This document shows positions 11,347-23,361 of a stretch of DNA of 64,000 bases, piece after piece. The notes under the pieces are model-generated. The model was not told where the DNA came from. It saw only the letters and a list, made by a program, of their open reading frames with translations, and did no database searches. The DNA is from Microbotryum violaceum (Eukaryota). The position numbers and the translations under genes are program-made. Each line of letters begins with the position of its first letter. Within the stretch, counting starts at the first letter, position 1. The stretch spans positions 2,542,001-2,606,000 of the forward strand of contig CDLV01000005.1 in the NCBI GenBank assembly GCA_001244265.2. The letters are read 5' to 3'.

Positions 11347-12643
11347 GCACCCTCGCAGTCATGGTGACTTCTAGCGTGGGATGAGATTTTCAGGAAGGGG
11401 CCTCCCTTTGGTTTTCACCACCACTTTGCTTGCATTTAGTGACATATCAAGTATCGAGATCGAGTAGAAAGCAGTGACTTTTGATGTGTTTTTTTGTGTA
11501 GCCGGTTCTCTAATTCTAAACGCTCATGTTATGCAGATTCGATCCAAGGTCCAGGCGCTTTTGAGGTGCTGACTCGTAGCTGACGCTCCGGGCGCGCTGA
11601 GGGGGAGCTGAATATATGCAGCAAAGACTTGCTCTGGCCCGATGAGGTCACCTGCGCGATACCTGGAGTGAACACAAGCCCCTACGGAAGGCTGCTCCGA
11701 GGCCAAGCCTGCCCGGGGTGGGGCCACCTACAGTCTACGATAGACAGTTCGGACAAAAAAAGTGGCAAGCGCGCTAGTTGCTTCTGCCAGGCTGGTCAAA
11801 CTACCCATATGAGAGTGAGAATGACAATCCCAGCCAATATAAAATAATGGCGTTCTCCTCGAATAGTGCAGCGTATCGAACCTGTGGCAGTGTCAGTCAC
11901 CAGGTCGGAGCCTGAGCTCCTGAGCCTCACGTGCCATCCCTTTCACTGACCCCTTGCACGTTCCTGCGCTGTGTCCCACAAATGATCTCTCTCCGTTACT
12001 GAATCTGCCATCTGCAGTGATCCAGTCTCGCATCGAGTGGGGGTGGGGGCTGCCAGAGTCAAGTGAGCTAGGCGTAGGCGTGCTTGCTGAATGAAGCAAG
12101 GGGAGCATGGGTATCCCATCAAATGGGTCCAGAGGCGAAGATGTAGTCAATTGCAATGATCACTTTGAGCGATGATTACTTGTGTCTAAGACTCGAGTAC
12201 CACGCCAAATCCAAGCTGAGCACTGGCAGCGGTATGACTTTGGGGGAGACCGGCATGGGAGACCTATACCCATGATGGCCATTACTATTCCTGAAACTGA
12301 TTTTGGCGCGAGCGAAAACTGCCACCGACCTTCCCGCGCTATGACCGGCGCTTGCCCTTCTACCCTTCCTTTTCACACGCCGCTTCGTCCGTCAGTGCTG
12401 CTCATACTTTGAACAGGGGTCAGACACCAGCACTTTTACCGTGGCAACGTGCCGTCACGCTCTACTGCTGCTCAGTCCCCGCCCCCGGTCGACCAAACAG
12501 CCTCTCGCCACCGCTGCCCAGCGCCGGACCCGACTTCGGTTGCCCCACATCCACCCCAAGTCAGCACCCTCCGCACCCACTCGCGGCGCACTTCTCGCTC
12601 CCGAACCACACGAACGCATCTTTACCGCGAATAGTCCTTCGCC

Positions 12644-13623
12644 ATGTCGGATCTTCTTCACGATGCGTTGACTCGTCATGCCTCGCAGGCGCAACTCTCG
12701 CCCCGCGTCATGCAGACGCTCTCCCTTGACGAGGACGGCCCTCACGGGTCCGCTTTGGGCGAAGGCGATGACGAACTCATCTCGGTCCAAACCCCTTTGC
12801 CCTCGACCCCTGGTTCAGCCGCATCGACACCGGCCGCGTCGAGGAACCCCTCTCGATCGTCCTCCCCTTCCGGAGCCAAACGTCGAGGCGGTGCCGGCAA
12901 GCCCCAAAGGGACAAGACCAAGGAGAAGGAGAAGGCCGAAGCGATGAACAATGCCATGGACCCCATGGTCAGGTTTCCCAACGTCGTCAATGGGAGGATC
13001 TTTGGCGAGCTGGACATGTTCGATCTGTTGAGCTGCGGACTGGTCTGCCAGAGGTGGCGCAATTCGCAGACCATGAGTGAGTCAGAACCCTCTCCGAGTG
13101 GGCAACGGAGCATCGGCGGAGTAGATGCTGAAGCTACCCTCCTGATATCTTCAGATTACACCTGGTACCTCTTACTACAACGCTTGACCTACGTCGACCC
13201 AGCATCACGGTCACCAGCATATTCGGAATCGGACGGCTTGCCAACCTGGCGCCGTGGAGACTCCAAAATCAATTGGGCCGAACGGTTCGCTTCCATCAAC
13301 CGTCGAGATGATCTCGAAAAGCCGCTGGTTTTGGATACGGACGAGAACGGTCTGACGATGCAGGAAGAACGCGAACTCAAGTGGGCGGAAGAGAATGAAG
13401 CGAATGATTCCCAATTCGCGGACAAAAATGAAATGAGGGCGTACTACAAGGTGGGTCTTTCGAGCACCTCGCTCACTATTGTACTCCCGACACTCCGCTA
13501 ATATTTGTATGCTTCCAGTCGTTGCGAAATGCCAAAGGGGTCAAGACAGGCGGAGGGAAAGGTGGCATCCGAACCTGGGAAGGCGATGGTCTCGGCGCCG
13601 AAGCTTCCACCGATTTGGTGTGA
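12644..13623 (+). CDS. F-box protein
   Basis: DPMVRFPNVVNGRIFGELDMFDLLSCGLVCQRWR is an F-box. Three exons, the last being SLRNAKGVKTGGGKGG...STDLV*. Confidence 0.8.
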
Positions 13624-13884
13624 GAGAAGATTGTCCTCGTTTATTGTATGGTGAAGGATTCGCCGTGTGTAGCCCGGTGGTATGGTCAGGAAGTATGTAA
13701 TGTGGATTCAATACTCTCATGGATTGCTGCAGCGTCCTGAGTTCATCGTTGGCGGCTGTTGAACCTTGTCAGAACGTTGTCTGACGTTGCCGTCGCAACG
13801 GACCGGTCCATCCACATAACTCACGTTCTCCGAAGTCACGTTTCTGCCTCCGCCTGACATCAGCTTCCGGCCCGAAGCTACAAG

Positions 13885-15200
13885 ATGTGAGTTGAGAGGC
13901 AAGTCGAACGCTTGAGTGTGCAACGACACTGACCGGGTGCTCTCTGACAGGGTTCAATTGAACGAGACCTTCGCATCGGCTTCATCGTAAGTGCACCCGA
14001 AGTGTGATCGCGCACCCATCTCCGACCTTCGCAGTCAGCCGGAACCGGATAGTCGGCCACGTCCAGTCGCTGATCTTTGCGCACATTCTTGACAGCCTGA
14101 ACTCTCCAAGAGAAGGACAAAGAAAGCCAATACGTCAAAACCCGCTCGCCAAGACTGGACCCAGTCCGACAAGCCGCATCAAGGCAGCCACCGCCGGTTC
14201 AGCCTCGACAACGACGTCGACATCGAGCTCTTCGAACGAGACCGGGTCCTCTTCGTCACCTCAGCTCATCACCGCCGCCGAACAATCCCTCCTGGCTTAT
14301 CTTTCCGACCTCGCCAAGCCAATCATCAACTCTCCGGATTTCAAGACGCAACTACAGACGGTAAAGTCGGCGTTGTACGAGAAAGATTATGATCGGGCGT
14401 TTGGGTCGGACCTCAATCGACTCGTTTATACCGCCCGATGGGTACCTTCAAGGGCCATCATCTACCGAAGAATTTACAGAGAGTCGCCTGATATTAAGGA
14501 GACGCTGAGGGCACCCGTGTCGACGTCGAATGCCGAGGAGGACAAGTCCAAGCCGGTCAAGGTCTTAATGCTCGGTGGAGGCGCTGGGTCCGAAGTGATC
14601 GCCTTGGTCTCGTTATTGGAACGCGTGACGGACTGGTCGAACAGAGTCGAGATCACAGCAATCGACAACTCGGATTGGTCCGAGATCATCAAACAACAAT
14701 CCCAAGCCCTGTTCTCGTCGTACCCCGAAACCCTTTCCCCCGAGCGCCTGGCCATCAAATTCTTACAAGCCGATGTGCTCACCGCCTTTCCCACTCCAGA
14801 TATCCCCTATGCTGAAGCCAAGCTCGTCACCATCCTCTTCACAATCTCGGAACTACTTTTGCAAGCACGCTCGACGACACTGTCCTTGCTCGCCTACCTC
14901 ACGCAAGCATGTCAAAAAGGAACGTTGCTCCTAATCGTCGAATCCGCCGCATTGGCGCAGATCCCAATCGGAAGCTCAGGGCGAACCTACCCACTAGGTA
15001 CCCTGTTGGACCATGCCTTGGCCCCACCTCAAGTCTCATCCAAGGGTCGTAAAGAAGGCGAGGCGCAGGAAGGGCCAAAGTGGGAGATCGTGCGATCGGA
15101 GGACTCGGTCTGGTACCGTATGCCGATCGGGTCGAGCGATTGTTATCCTTTAGCTTTGGAGAACTCGAGGGTTGTTTTGAGATTGTATAGGAAGTTGTGA
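13885..15200 (+). CDS. BMT6: 25S rRNA (uridine-N3)-methyltransferase BMT6-like
   Basis: LQTVKSALYEKDYDRAFGS...VYTARWVPSRAIIY, SAM motif VLMLGGGAGSE, LFTISEL, LLIVESA. Exons 13885-13886, 13951-13986 and 14096-15200 join in frame. Confidence 0.85.
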
Positions 15201-15543
15201 GAAGACGGCGAGTATCGTGCGTCGTTGGTGCTTTCAGGGACGAGTTGGACGATGAGAATGATTTTTCAGAGCCAAGGGATTGTCGTGTTGTAATAAAATG
15301 GTGCGCATAATTTAGCACGGTTGAAGGCAGTTTTTTAATGACTGACTTTCCGCGTGGGATCATTTTCTGTTTTTTTTTTTTTCGCTTCGTAAGTCCGATC
15401 GCGGCTGTCCCAGTCCGAGTGCCACCGCCCAGTTCCGACGGGACTGGCTTGCTCCCGCTCCACATCCGGTTCTTCTTGACGCGTCGCTCGACAGCTCAAA
15501 GAATCACACAACCTACCCACCCACCGTCTTTCACCACTTCATT

Positions 15544-17146
15544 ATGTTCACTGCCCGCATCTCTTCGGTCGCCCGTGTGGCGTTGCGTGCCTCATCGACC
15601 GCTCCTCGCACGCTCTCGCTCAAGAAAAACGCATTGCTCATTCCCGCCGTGCAGGGCCGTTACACCAAGTGAGTTCACTTTGATTCCCCTTGTTGGTTCT
15701 GGAGTATGTTCTGTGACATCTGGGTTGTTGTCCCGCTGGCTCATACGGGGTGGGATGCTGGCCTGGCGCACGCTCGCGGGAGGTGCGAAGGCGCGAAGAT
15801 GCCCCCCCTCCCGTCCTCCCCCGGTGGCTGCGAATGCCATCCTCGTCGTCCAGACGGGCCCATGGCGTCGGACTACTTTTCTTCTCCACCACGTCGCAAC
15901 CCATTTATTGAACATCACGACTGATTTTTCATTTCTTTCTCGGTCTTGCCTCCGCTCCTGCGCCGATCGCCTCACTCGATTTTTCCTGGACCTGCCTGCG
16001 TCACCGCCCCTCCGCGCTTCGCAACAGCTCGATCCGCCTCTTCAACTCGTCGTCGCTGCGACTGAACGACAAGCTCGAGGCCACCACCGCGCCGACGAGC
16101 GCCGAGGAGGAAATCAAGGCCGACCACTCATCTGTTGATCCTTTGGCCTCGACCGAGTCCAGCGATGCGACCCCTTCGTCGTCTTCCGGCGAGGTCTACA
16201 TCGACCCTATGCAGGCCCAGGCCGATGCGACCGCCAACGACGGCGCCGCCGCGGCTGATGCGCCTGCTCAGACCCCTGACCCCGTCGAAGTCGCGTCCAG
16301 GACCGTCTTTGCCGGTGGGCTGAGCTGGAACGTCGACGTCGACTGGTTGAGGGACGAAGTCGCCACCGCCATCGGTTCGACGGAGGGTATCGTCAGCTGC
16401 CGTGTCGCGAGGGACCCTACCGGTCGATCCAAGGGGTCAGTTTCTCTCAACTTTTCCTTTCAAAAGCCCGCCGCACCCCTTCCAGGCTGACTCTTCCTTA
16501 TTTTCTAATTATTAGCTTCGGTTTCATCGAGTTGACCACGGCCGAATATGCGCAAAAGTTGGTCGAGGTTAGCCCCGTCATCGACGAACGCGAGACCCGC
16601 TTCGAGATCTCGGACCCTTCCACCAAGAAGGAGCGTCCCGCCCGCGAGCGACGCTCGTCCGACCAGAACCAATCCAGTTCCTCCTCCTTTGGTCAACAGG
16701 AGAACCCCCCCTCGAATTCGGTGTGGTTGGGCAACCTCGAGTGGTCGACTACTGAGGCCGACTTGCGCGAGACATTTGGCCGGTTCGGCGACATTTCGCG
16801 CGTGCACATGCCCCTCGACCGAGTGACGCAACGATCGCGTGGTATCGCCTACATCGACTATGCCGACGTGTCCCAAGCTGAGGACGCCATTGCCGCGGCG
16901 CAGACCATTGAGATCAACGGCAGGTACCTCCGTGCCAACTATGCTACCCGTCAGGCACCCTTCTCAAGGGCCAACGGCGAAGGTAACCGAGGTGGATTCA
17001 ACAGGCGTGATGGTGGCGAGTCCGGTGGTCGCTCGTCGTACGGCTCGCGAGGTGACAGGAACGAAAGGAACGACAGGAACGACAGGTACGGCGACCGCCA
17101 ATCGAGCTACCAGTCCAGGCGAGGCGGCCGCGATGAGGGGTGGTAG
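15544..17146 (+). CDS. Two-RRM RNA-binding protein with RGG-like tail and probable mitochondrial presequence
   Basis: Exon 1 MFTARISSVARVALRASSTAPRTLSLKK.. splices (15669-16027) to NSIRLFNSSSLRLN. RRM1 TVFAGGLSWNVD..RSKG|FGFIE; RRM2 VWLGNLEWST..RSRGIAYIDY; R/G/D-rich tail. Confidence 0.85.
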
Positions 17147-17724
17147 ACGATTGCTCACTCTTACGAGTTCATGCGATACCCCGAAAACCAAAATGAAAAA
17201 GCCTGGGTAGGAAAGACGATGTCACGATCTTGTTTTTATTGCCCTTCTGCTCCTCCATGGAGTAAGCCATTTCATTGTACGATAGCTTGACCGTGTGTGT
17301 GTGAGTGTCTGTGTTTTGATCAATAAAAGTCCCTCCCACTTCAGACCTTACTTTGCTCGGTCGACTCGTGTAGTCTGTGCGGGCTTGGCAATCGAAGAAG
17401 GATGTGAGGAGACGTGACGGCTTCCACGAACTTCTTCGTAGAGTATGTCACTCCGGGTGGTTTTTCTGCCTGTTCTTTGCACAGGGGGTCACTCGAATCG
17501 CTCTGTCGCGTGACATCGTCGGCCCCGGCTTCAACAAAAGCGGGGTCGATCGGTCGAGACCCCACCGGCGGCTGGCCGGCCAGATCGCCGTCTCTCCGTT
17601 CGCACCACACCACGCTTGAACCCCCACAGGCCCAACTTCAACTCGCCGACGTCATCAACCGAGCTTGTTGGTCTACACATTCATCGTCACCTCTACCCCA
17701 GAGGCTGCTGTGGTAGCTAGGAGG

Positions 17725-19941
17725 ATGGCGCTGCTGCCTGCACCACCACCACCGACGTTCCCTACGCGCTTCCAGGCGACCGATGACGATCTTGACCACG
17801 TCGTCGCAGCGTCCACTGGCGCAGACCCCGCCGTCGTCCCCGTAGCTTGGCCCGCCGAAATTACTGCATCGGTTTCGGGTGAGGTTTTGACCGGCTCGCA
17901 TCGATCGCGTGATCGCGAAGCGGTGATCGCGTGGAAGCTCAAGACGGAGAGGGAGCAATACCTCGAGGCCTTGGGTAAGTTCATCTCCTCGTGCTCTCGC
18001 AGTGTGGTAATCTCCTCCGGCACAGCGCCTGACTTTGACATGCTATAATTTACAATCTACCCTGCTACAATGACAGAGACCAAGCTGACCAAGCTGGCTC
18101 AACCGGCCAAACTAGGCACGTCCAAGACCGACTCGGGCTACGGCGGTTCACACACGTCTCCCCAAGTCGGGCTCGATCGACTACTCTTGATGCACGACGA
18201 TCTTCTCGACGATATCGACGTTAATCAACCCGTGCTTGCTACGATGCCTGAACAACCTGAAGGGTTCACTGATGAGGATGACGAGGATGAGGATGACGAG
18301 GAGACGATTCAAGGGAGGAGCCTCCTGTCACGTGCCGCCAAGCCCGGGGTCACCGACGGTCTCAGGCGATTCGAGCCTTCTCCTGGCCAGAAAATACCGC
18401 GGGAGGAAGAGACGCCCTCAGCTTCACCGAGGAAGGACGATAACATCTTTGTCATTCCACCGACACCGTCCCACGAGGATGTGGAGGAGGCTCGGCAACG
18501 CGAGCATTCGGCCGAAGCGGTCACGGATGATCCCGAAGAAGAGAACGGAGACGGGCAGGACGACGAGGAGATGCCGCCCCTCGAGTTCAATCGACGACCC
18601 TCGACCCTTGACAACGATCCAAATTCGGCCCACTACCCTTCAGAGGACTCGTCTGAACAACCTCGACGCATCAGCTTTTCGTCATCGGTCCGCATCTCGG
18701 GCGGTATTCGGTCGAAAGGCCGCTCGTCGCGTACGCGCCAACGACCTGCGATCCCGAGTGACCTGTTTAGTCCGGCCCCATCGACTTCGTTTGCTCTGAC
18801 GGTGGAAGACGTGGCGCGGATGGGCTACATGGCTCACCCGCTGCCGCGCAATGCCTCGTTGAACCAATCACGCGGCTCGTCACGCACCAACTCCCCATCT
18901 CGTGGGGCCACAACCGCCGGAATCTCGATTCTCCGCACCGTATCTTCATCTTCATCACTGGGGATTCACAACAGCTACCGCGAAGCGGCGATCCTGAATG
19001 GTGGAGCTTCGTCGATCTACTCGTCCTCGGTCCCGTCCCGCTCCTCATCGCCGTGTTCGTCGATTTACGCACCTCTCAAGAGACCGTCAGAGACATGTCC
19101 GAACCCCATGTCGGTCAAACCACCTGCGAAACGAGTGCGTTCCGCACCACGAACTTCCGTAAGCGGGCTTAGTTTTCGCGAGTTCTTGCGCCTCAACGGA
19201 TTGTCGAGGTCGGGTGATGCCGATGGGGCAGGAGCGGAGGATGAGGAATCGATGGCCGAGCGAGGCTATCGCGAACTTGTCGAGGAGCAACGTAGACGGA
19301 AGGAAAGGTTGGATAAGAGGAAGAAGCAGCATACAGGTCGCGCCTCGTCTGTTTTGAACGGGGACCTGGGTCAAGACCCCACAGCGTCGCGAGGTTTTTG
19401 GAATCGGGTGTGGGGGATGTTGGGTAACGGGAGTGGCAGGTCGGGCATCGGTCGGACTTCTTCGGGTGCATTGTTGGGTGCTACACCGACATTTCCGGTA
19501 TATGGAACGACCGGAACTACGCCTCTGACGACGGATGGGTCAAGGCGCGTCGAGAGGAACAGGAGCTCGTTGTCCATCACTTCGAGCGTCGCTGGCGATC
19601 AGGGCTCGAGTGACGAAGGGGAAGCCGATGATCCGCGGACCAACGTGAACGCTCTATCCAGTCGAACGAGACCAATTTCGAATGCCTCGGGCGATACCAA
19701 AGAACGCATCAAGAGTGAGGTCGATGTGAGATTCGGCCCGGCACCGGGGAGATGGTTCAGCTCCGGATGGATCTTGTGGAAATTACGAGCGATGGGTGGG
19801 GCGTGCTTGGGTGTACGGAAGAAGATTCGGTCGAAACGTCGTGCACTCGTGTCGAGTAGTGCGATCGATACCTCGGATGAAGAGTCTGATTCGGCGATGG
19901 CGAGGAATAACGATTTGCGCCGTGCGTATCAAAGGGTTTGA
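17725..19941 (+). CDS. Unknown, largely disordered protein (~700 aa; acidic and Ser-rich tracts)
   Basis: Exon 1 17725-17974 (GTAAGT donor) joins in frame to the 623-codon ORF at 18077; no recognisable folded domain. Confidence 0.75.
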
Positions 19942-20634
19942 TGAGGGCGATTTAGGGGGGCTGTTTGAGTTTGTTCTCGCTGTCAGGGGTCACGTGTCGT
20001 TTTCCATCTGTTGCAAATCTTAATATCACTGGGGCAATGTTAGAGTGTCTCATCTTTGTGTATAACACCGAGTCACCGCCGTACCGGGTCTTACCCCGCC
20101 CAAGCCTGCGAGGCAAGGTCTGAGACGGGCTCGTACTATTCTCGCTAAATACGGCAAGTCTCCGCCAGAAGCGCGAAAGCGGGGGCGAGGCGCGCGAAAG
20201 CAGGCGAAAGCGGTGCTTTGTGGACGGTGGCGCGGGACGCGGAGCGCGTCGTTCAAGCTCGGCTAGCTCAGCTAGCGCTCACCGCTTCAGCTGCAACGTA
20301 CCTCGCTTGGACAGCCCAGTGAACGGAAATGGGCAACCCTATCCGCCTAGGCCGACGCTTTATTTGTTGGGCCGTTAAGTAAGAGCCCTGGGAGACACTG
20401 CACGAGCTGGGAACTGCAATTTGCTCGATGCCAAGCCCTAGTTGTCCTGTTTGAAAGCACGACGGCTTTAGGCTTTCCCTTTCATTTCGCCATCGTCCGA
20501 CAACTTCTTGGAGGTGCCGTCCCGTCCCTGACATCGCGCGCCCTGGTTGGAAGTTCCGGTCCGACCATCGATCCCATCGCCTCTGGCTCACTCTGTTTCA
20601 CCCGCAACTGCTCTTGTCTTCTATTCATACCACC

Positions 20635-23005
20635 ATGTTAGATCCTTTATCACCCAAACCTTCCCAAACGGAAATGGACGAATTTAAAGATGGCTCTCGT
20701 CGATTGTTCAACGCTTTCGCACGTCGACGTTCTCGACGCGGGCACCGACGGTTGCGCCAGCAGCGCAGCCAAACCCGTTTGCGAATCGAGGCGGTCGTTT
20801 CTGGCTCGTTTTCCTTGCCCTTTGCGTGCCGTGTTTCTTGGCAGCACTCGATTTTGACGGCCGTGTCGACGGCACTTCCTGCTAGTGAGTAGCAAAGAGG
20901 CATGAACTTGGGCCGACGGTGCAATTCGTCCGTGTTCAGGTACTTAGGGAGTCGAGCTGACGGCAAGCTTTGTCGCACCTACGTCTCCACCAAAGTGGCT
21001 GCTGATTTTCAGTCCGCAAAATTCTCCTGGGTCGGGTCGGCATATACTCTGACTTCGACGGCTTTGATTCCGTGGACAGCGAATCTCGCGTCCAGCTTTA
21101 GGCGGAGAGCGACCCTGTTTGGGTCGTTGCTCTTGTTCGCTACGGGTTCCGCAGTGGTTGGATCGGCCAGGTCGATGGAGGTGGTGATCCTGGGTCGCTC
21201 AATCCAAGGAGCTGGAGGTGGAGGTATTTTGACGATGGTCTGTTGTCTTTTTGATTGATAAATTCCTTTGAATGATGGCAGAGCTGATCGAAAGACTTTG
21301 TCGTCTACCAGAGTGAGATTCTCGTTGTCAACCTAGTGCCCCTCGCCGATCGAGGCGCTTTCTTCGCCATTATTGGCGCAGGTCAGTGCCTTTATGGTCA
21401 TACTCACTCTGCTCGATTCCAAACTCAATACACACAATCATTCAAACAGTCTGGGCCCTTGCGAGTGCGATTGGTCCTCCCATCGGTGGTGCTCTTGCTT
21501 CGGCCGCAGCGTGGCGACGGTGAGTAGCCCTATCAGTGGAGGCCCCGACTCAAATCCATTCAGATCCCAGGGCTGACACCACATCCTCCCGTACCTCACG
21601 TTTGCTCAACAGGCTGTTCTACCTCAACATCCCCTTGACGGGTATCGTCTCCCTTCTGGTCATGCTCTTCCTCCGCGTTGAAGCCCCGCAGACGAAGTTC
21701 AAGAGCAAAATCGCCCTGATCGACTACTACAACATTGTCTTTGTCCCCGGCGCGACAGCAACGATCCTTGTTCTCACTTGGGGCGGTGAGACTTACCCAT
21801 GGGCTTCCTACAAGGTCCTCGTCCCTTTAATCGGAGGTGTCCTCGCCATGGGCCTCTTCTTGTGGCTCGAAAAGGGGTTGGAACACCCGACGATTCCACT
21901 CGATATTCTTCGTCATCGATCGAGCTTGCTCGGCCTCTTGACCAACTTTTTGCATGGTATCGTGGCCCTGGCGGCTATTTACTACCTCAACGTGTATTTC
22001 CAAGCCGTGAAGTTGGCGATTGCTGCTGATGCTGGAGTGCACACGTTCTCTCTGAGCTTGTAGGTGCCTGCGCGCCTGCGCGCTACTAATCCGCTGCGGC
22101 CGTCTCCGAAGGGATGTTACCTGTGCTGACCTGACCATTCTCCCTTTGCAGCACGATCGCGCCGATGGCTATCATTGCGGGTACTTCTGTCGTTGTTTTG
22201 GGCAAATATCGCCTGCAGAACATCGTCGACTGGGCGTTTACGGTCATTGGCTTCGGCTTGACCACCTTGCTCCGCGTGCATTCGTCAAAAGCCGCATGGA
22301 CGGAATAGTGAGTCGAAGACTGAACCTCGCAAAAACACCTTTCTAGCTACAGCAAGCTGACATATCTTTATCAAAACAGCCCGACCGTGATGGGCGTCGG
22401 CTTGGGTATCCTTTACGGGTGCCTCGACTTTCCCGTCTTGGCCCCTTTGAAGCCTTCCCAGCAACCTCACGCCGTACGCTTGGTCACGATCACCTTGGAA
22501 CACTTACCCGCTGGAGCCTGTCGCTAATCACCAGGGAAGTATCTTCTCAGATGGAGTTCTTTGGCTTCACGCACTCGTTCGGGCAGGTGCTCGGCATCTC
22601 GCTTGGTGCCTCGATCTTGCAGAATGAGCTCAGTCGTCATCTCCCGCCCGAGGTGGTGTTGTCGCACTTTGCCAATGCCAAGTACGCCTATTCGGCCATT
22701 CCTGACATTCATCTCCTGTCAGTACTATTTTTGTAGAGTGTTTAATCGTCGAATAATGAACCAACTTGGGAGTGCTCACGCTATTTCTTTTCCCATCACA
22801 TTACAGGCCGGAGCTCGTTCAACTGCACGTCCGTCGTGCGTTCGCGCAGAGTTTGAGGATGGTCTGGATTGTGATGATCGGCCTCTCCGGAATTGCGTTC
22901 ATCCTCTCTTGGTTCATCGAGGAAGTTCCCTTGACGACTGAGACGGATGAGAACTGGGGTGTGAGCGGGGAGAAGGTCGAGCCGACGCCAAGTGAGACGG
23001 CTTAG
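20635..23005 (+). pseudogene. DHA2-family (14-TM) MFS drug:H+ antiporter with frameshifts in exon 1; probable decaying gene or assembly indels
   Basis: Motifs WVGSAYTL, GRSIQGAGGGG, LVPLADRG, GPPIGG, LFYLNIP and LTWGG..YPW. TM1 (RFWLVFLALCVPCFLAALD) lies in a different frame from both the ATG and the following LTAVSTALP. Confidence 0.7.
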
Positions 23006-23361
23006 ATACGGTGTGATGGCCGGGGTTCCTGGTTTTTGGTTCGGGGTGTTGTTGTCCTGTAACGAGAGGATTGCTTTGCCGTTAGATGTAGAGCTTAGAT
23101 CTTGCACGTTAATTTTTAGATTTTTAGATTGCGCATGTGATGACCCGTTATATGACGTTTTTTTTTTCTTTTTTCGATCTGAACTGACCAAAACTCGGCG
23201 GGGACACCCAATCCGAGCCACCGTCTCCCGATGGGGTCATAGCGCTAGCCAGCATCTGTCTAACAAGCTGTGAGCTGCTGTGAGATCTGTCTCTCTCGAC
23301 TGCCAGTCCGAAACAGACCGTCTCGCGCTTCCTCCGTCACGCTCTCCACAGCGACTACAAC

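Noticed and set aside
12168..12222. Possible C/D box snoRNA (GCGATGA...CTGA with a 9-nt match to an 18S-like CUUGGAUUU segment)
   Set aside because: Box C is non-consensus, the guide is short and the total length is too small; likely chance.
15189..15200. BMT6 C-terminal RKL as PTS1, and stop-readthrough PTS1 extensions in the rhodanese 1 and allantoicase genes
   Set aside because: RKL is not a standard PTS1; the stops checked lack the TGA-CTA context and give no SKL-type extension.
23137..23188. GTGATGA...CTGA pair in the MFS 3' region
   Set aside because: Only ~50 nt, filled with poly-T, and with no guide sequence; ordinary 3' UTR.
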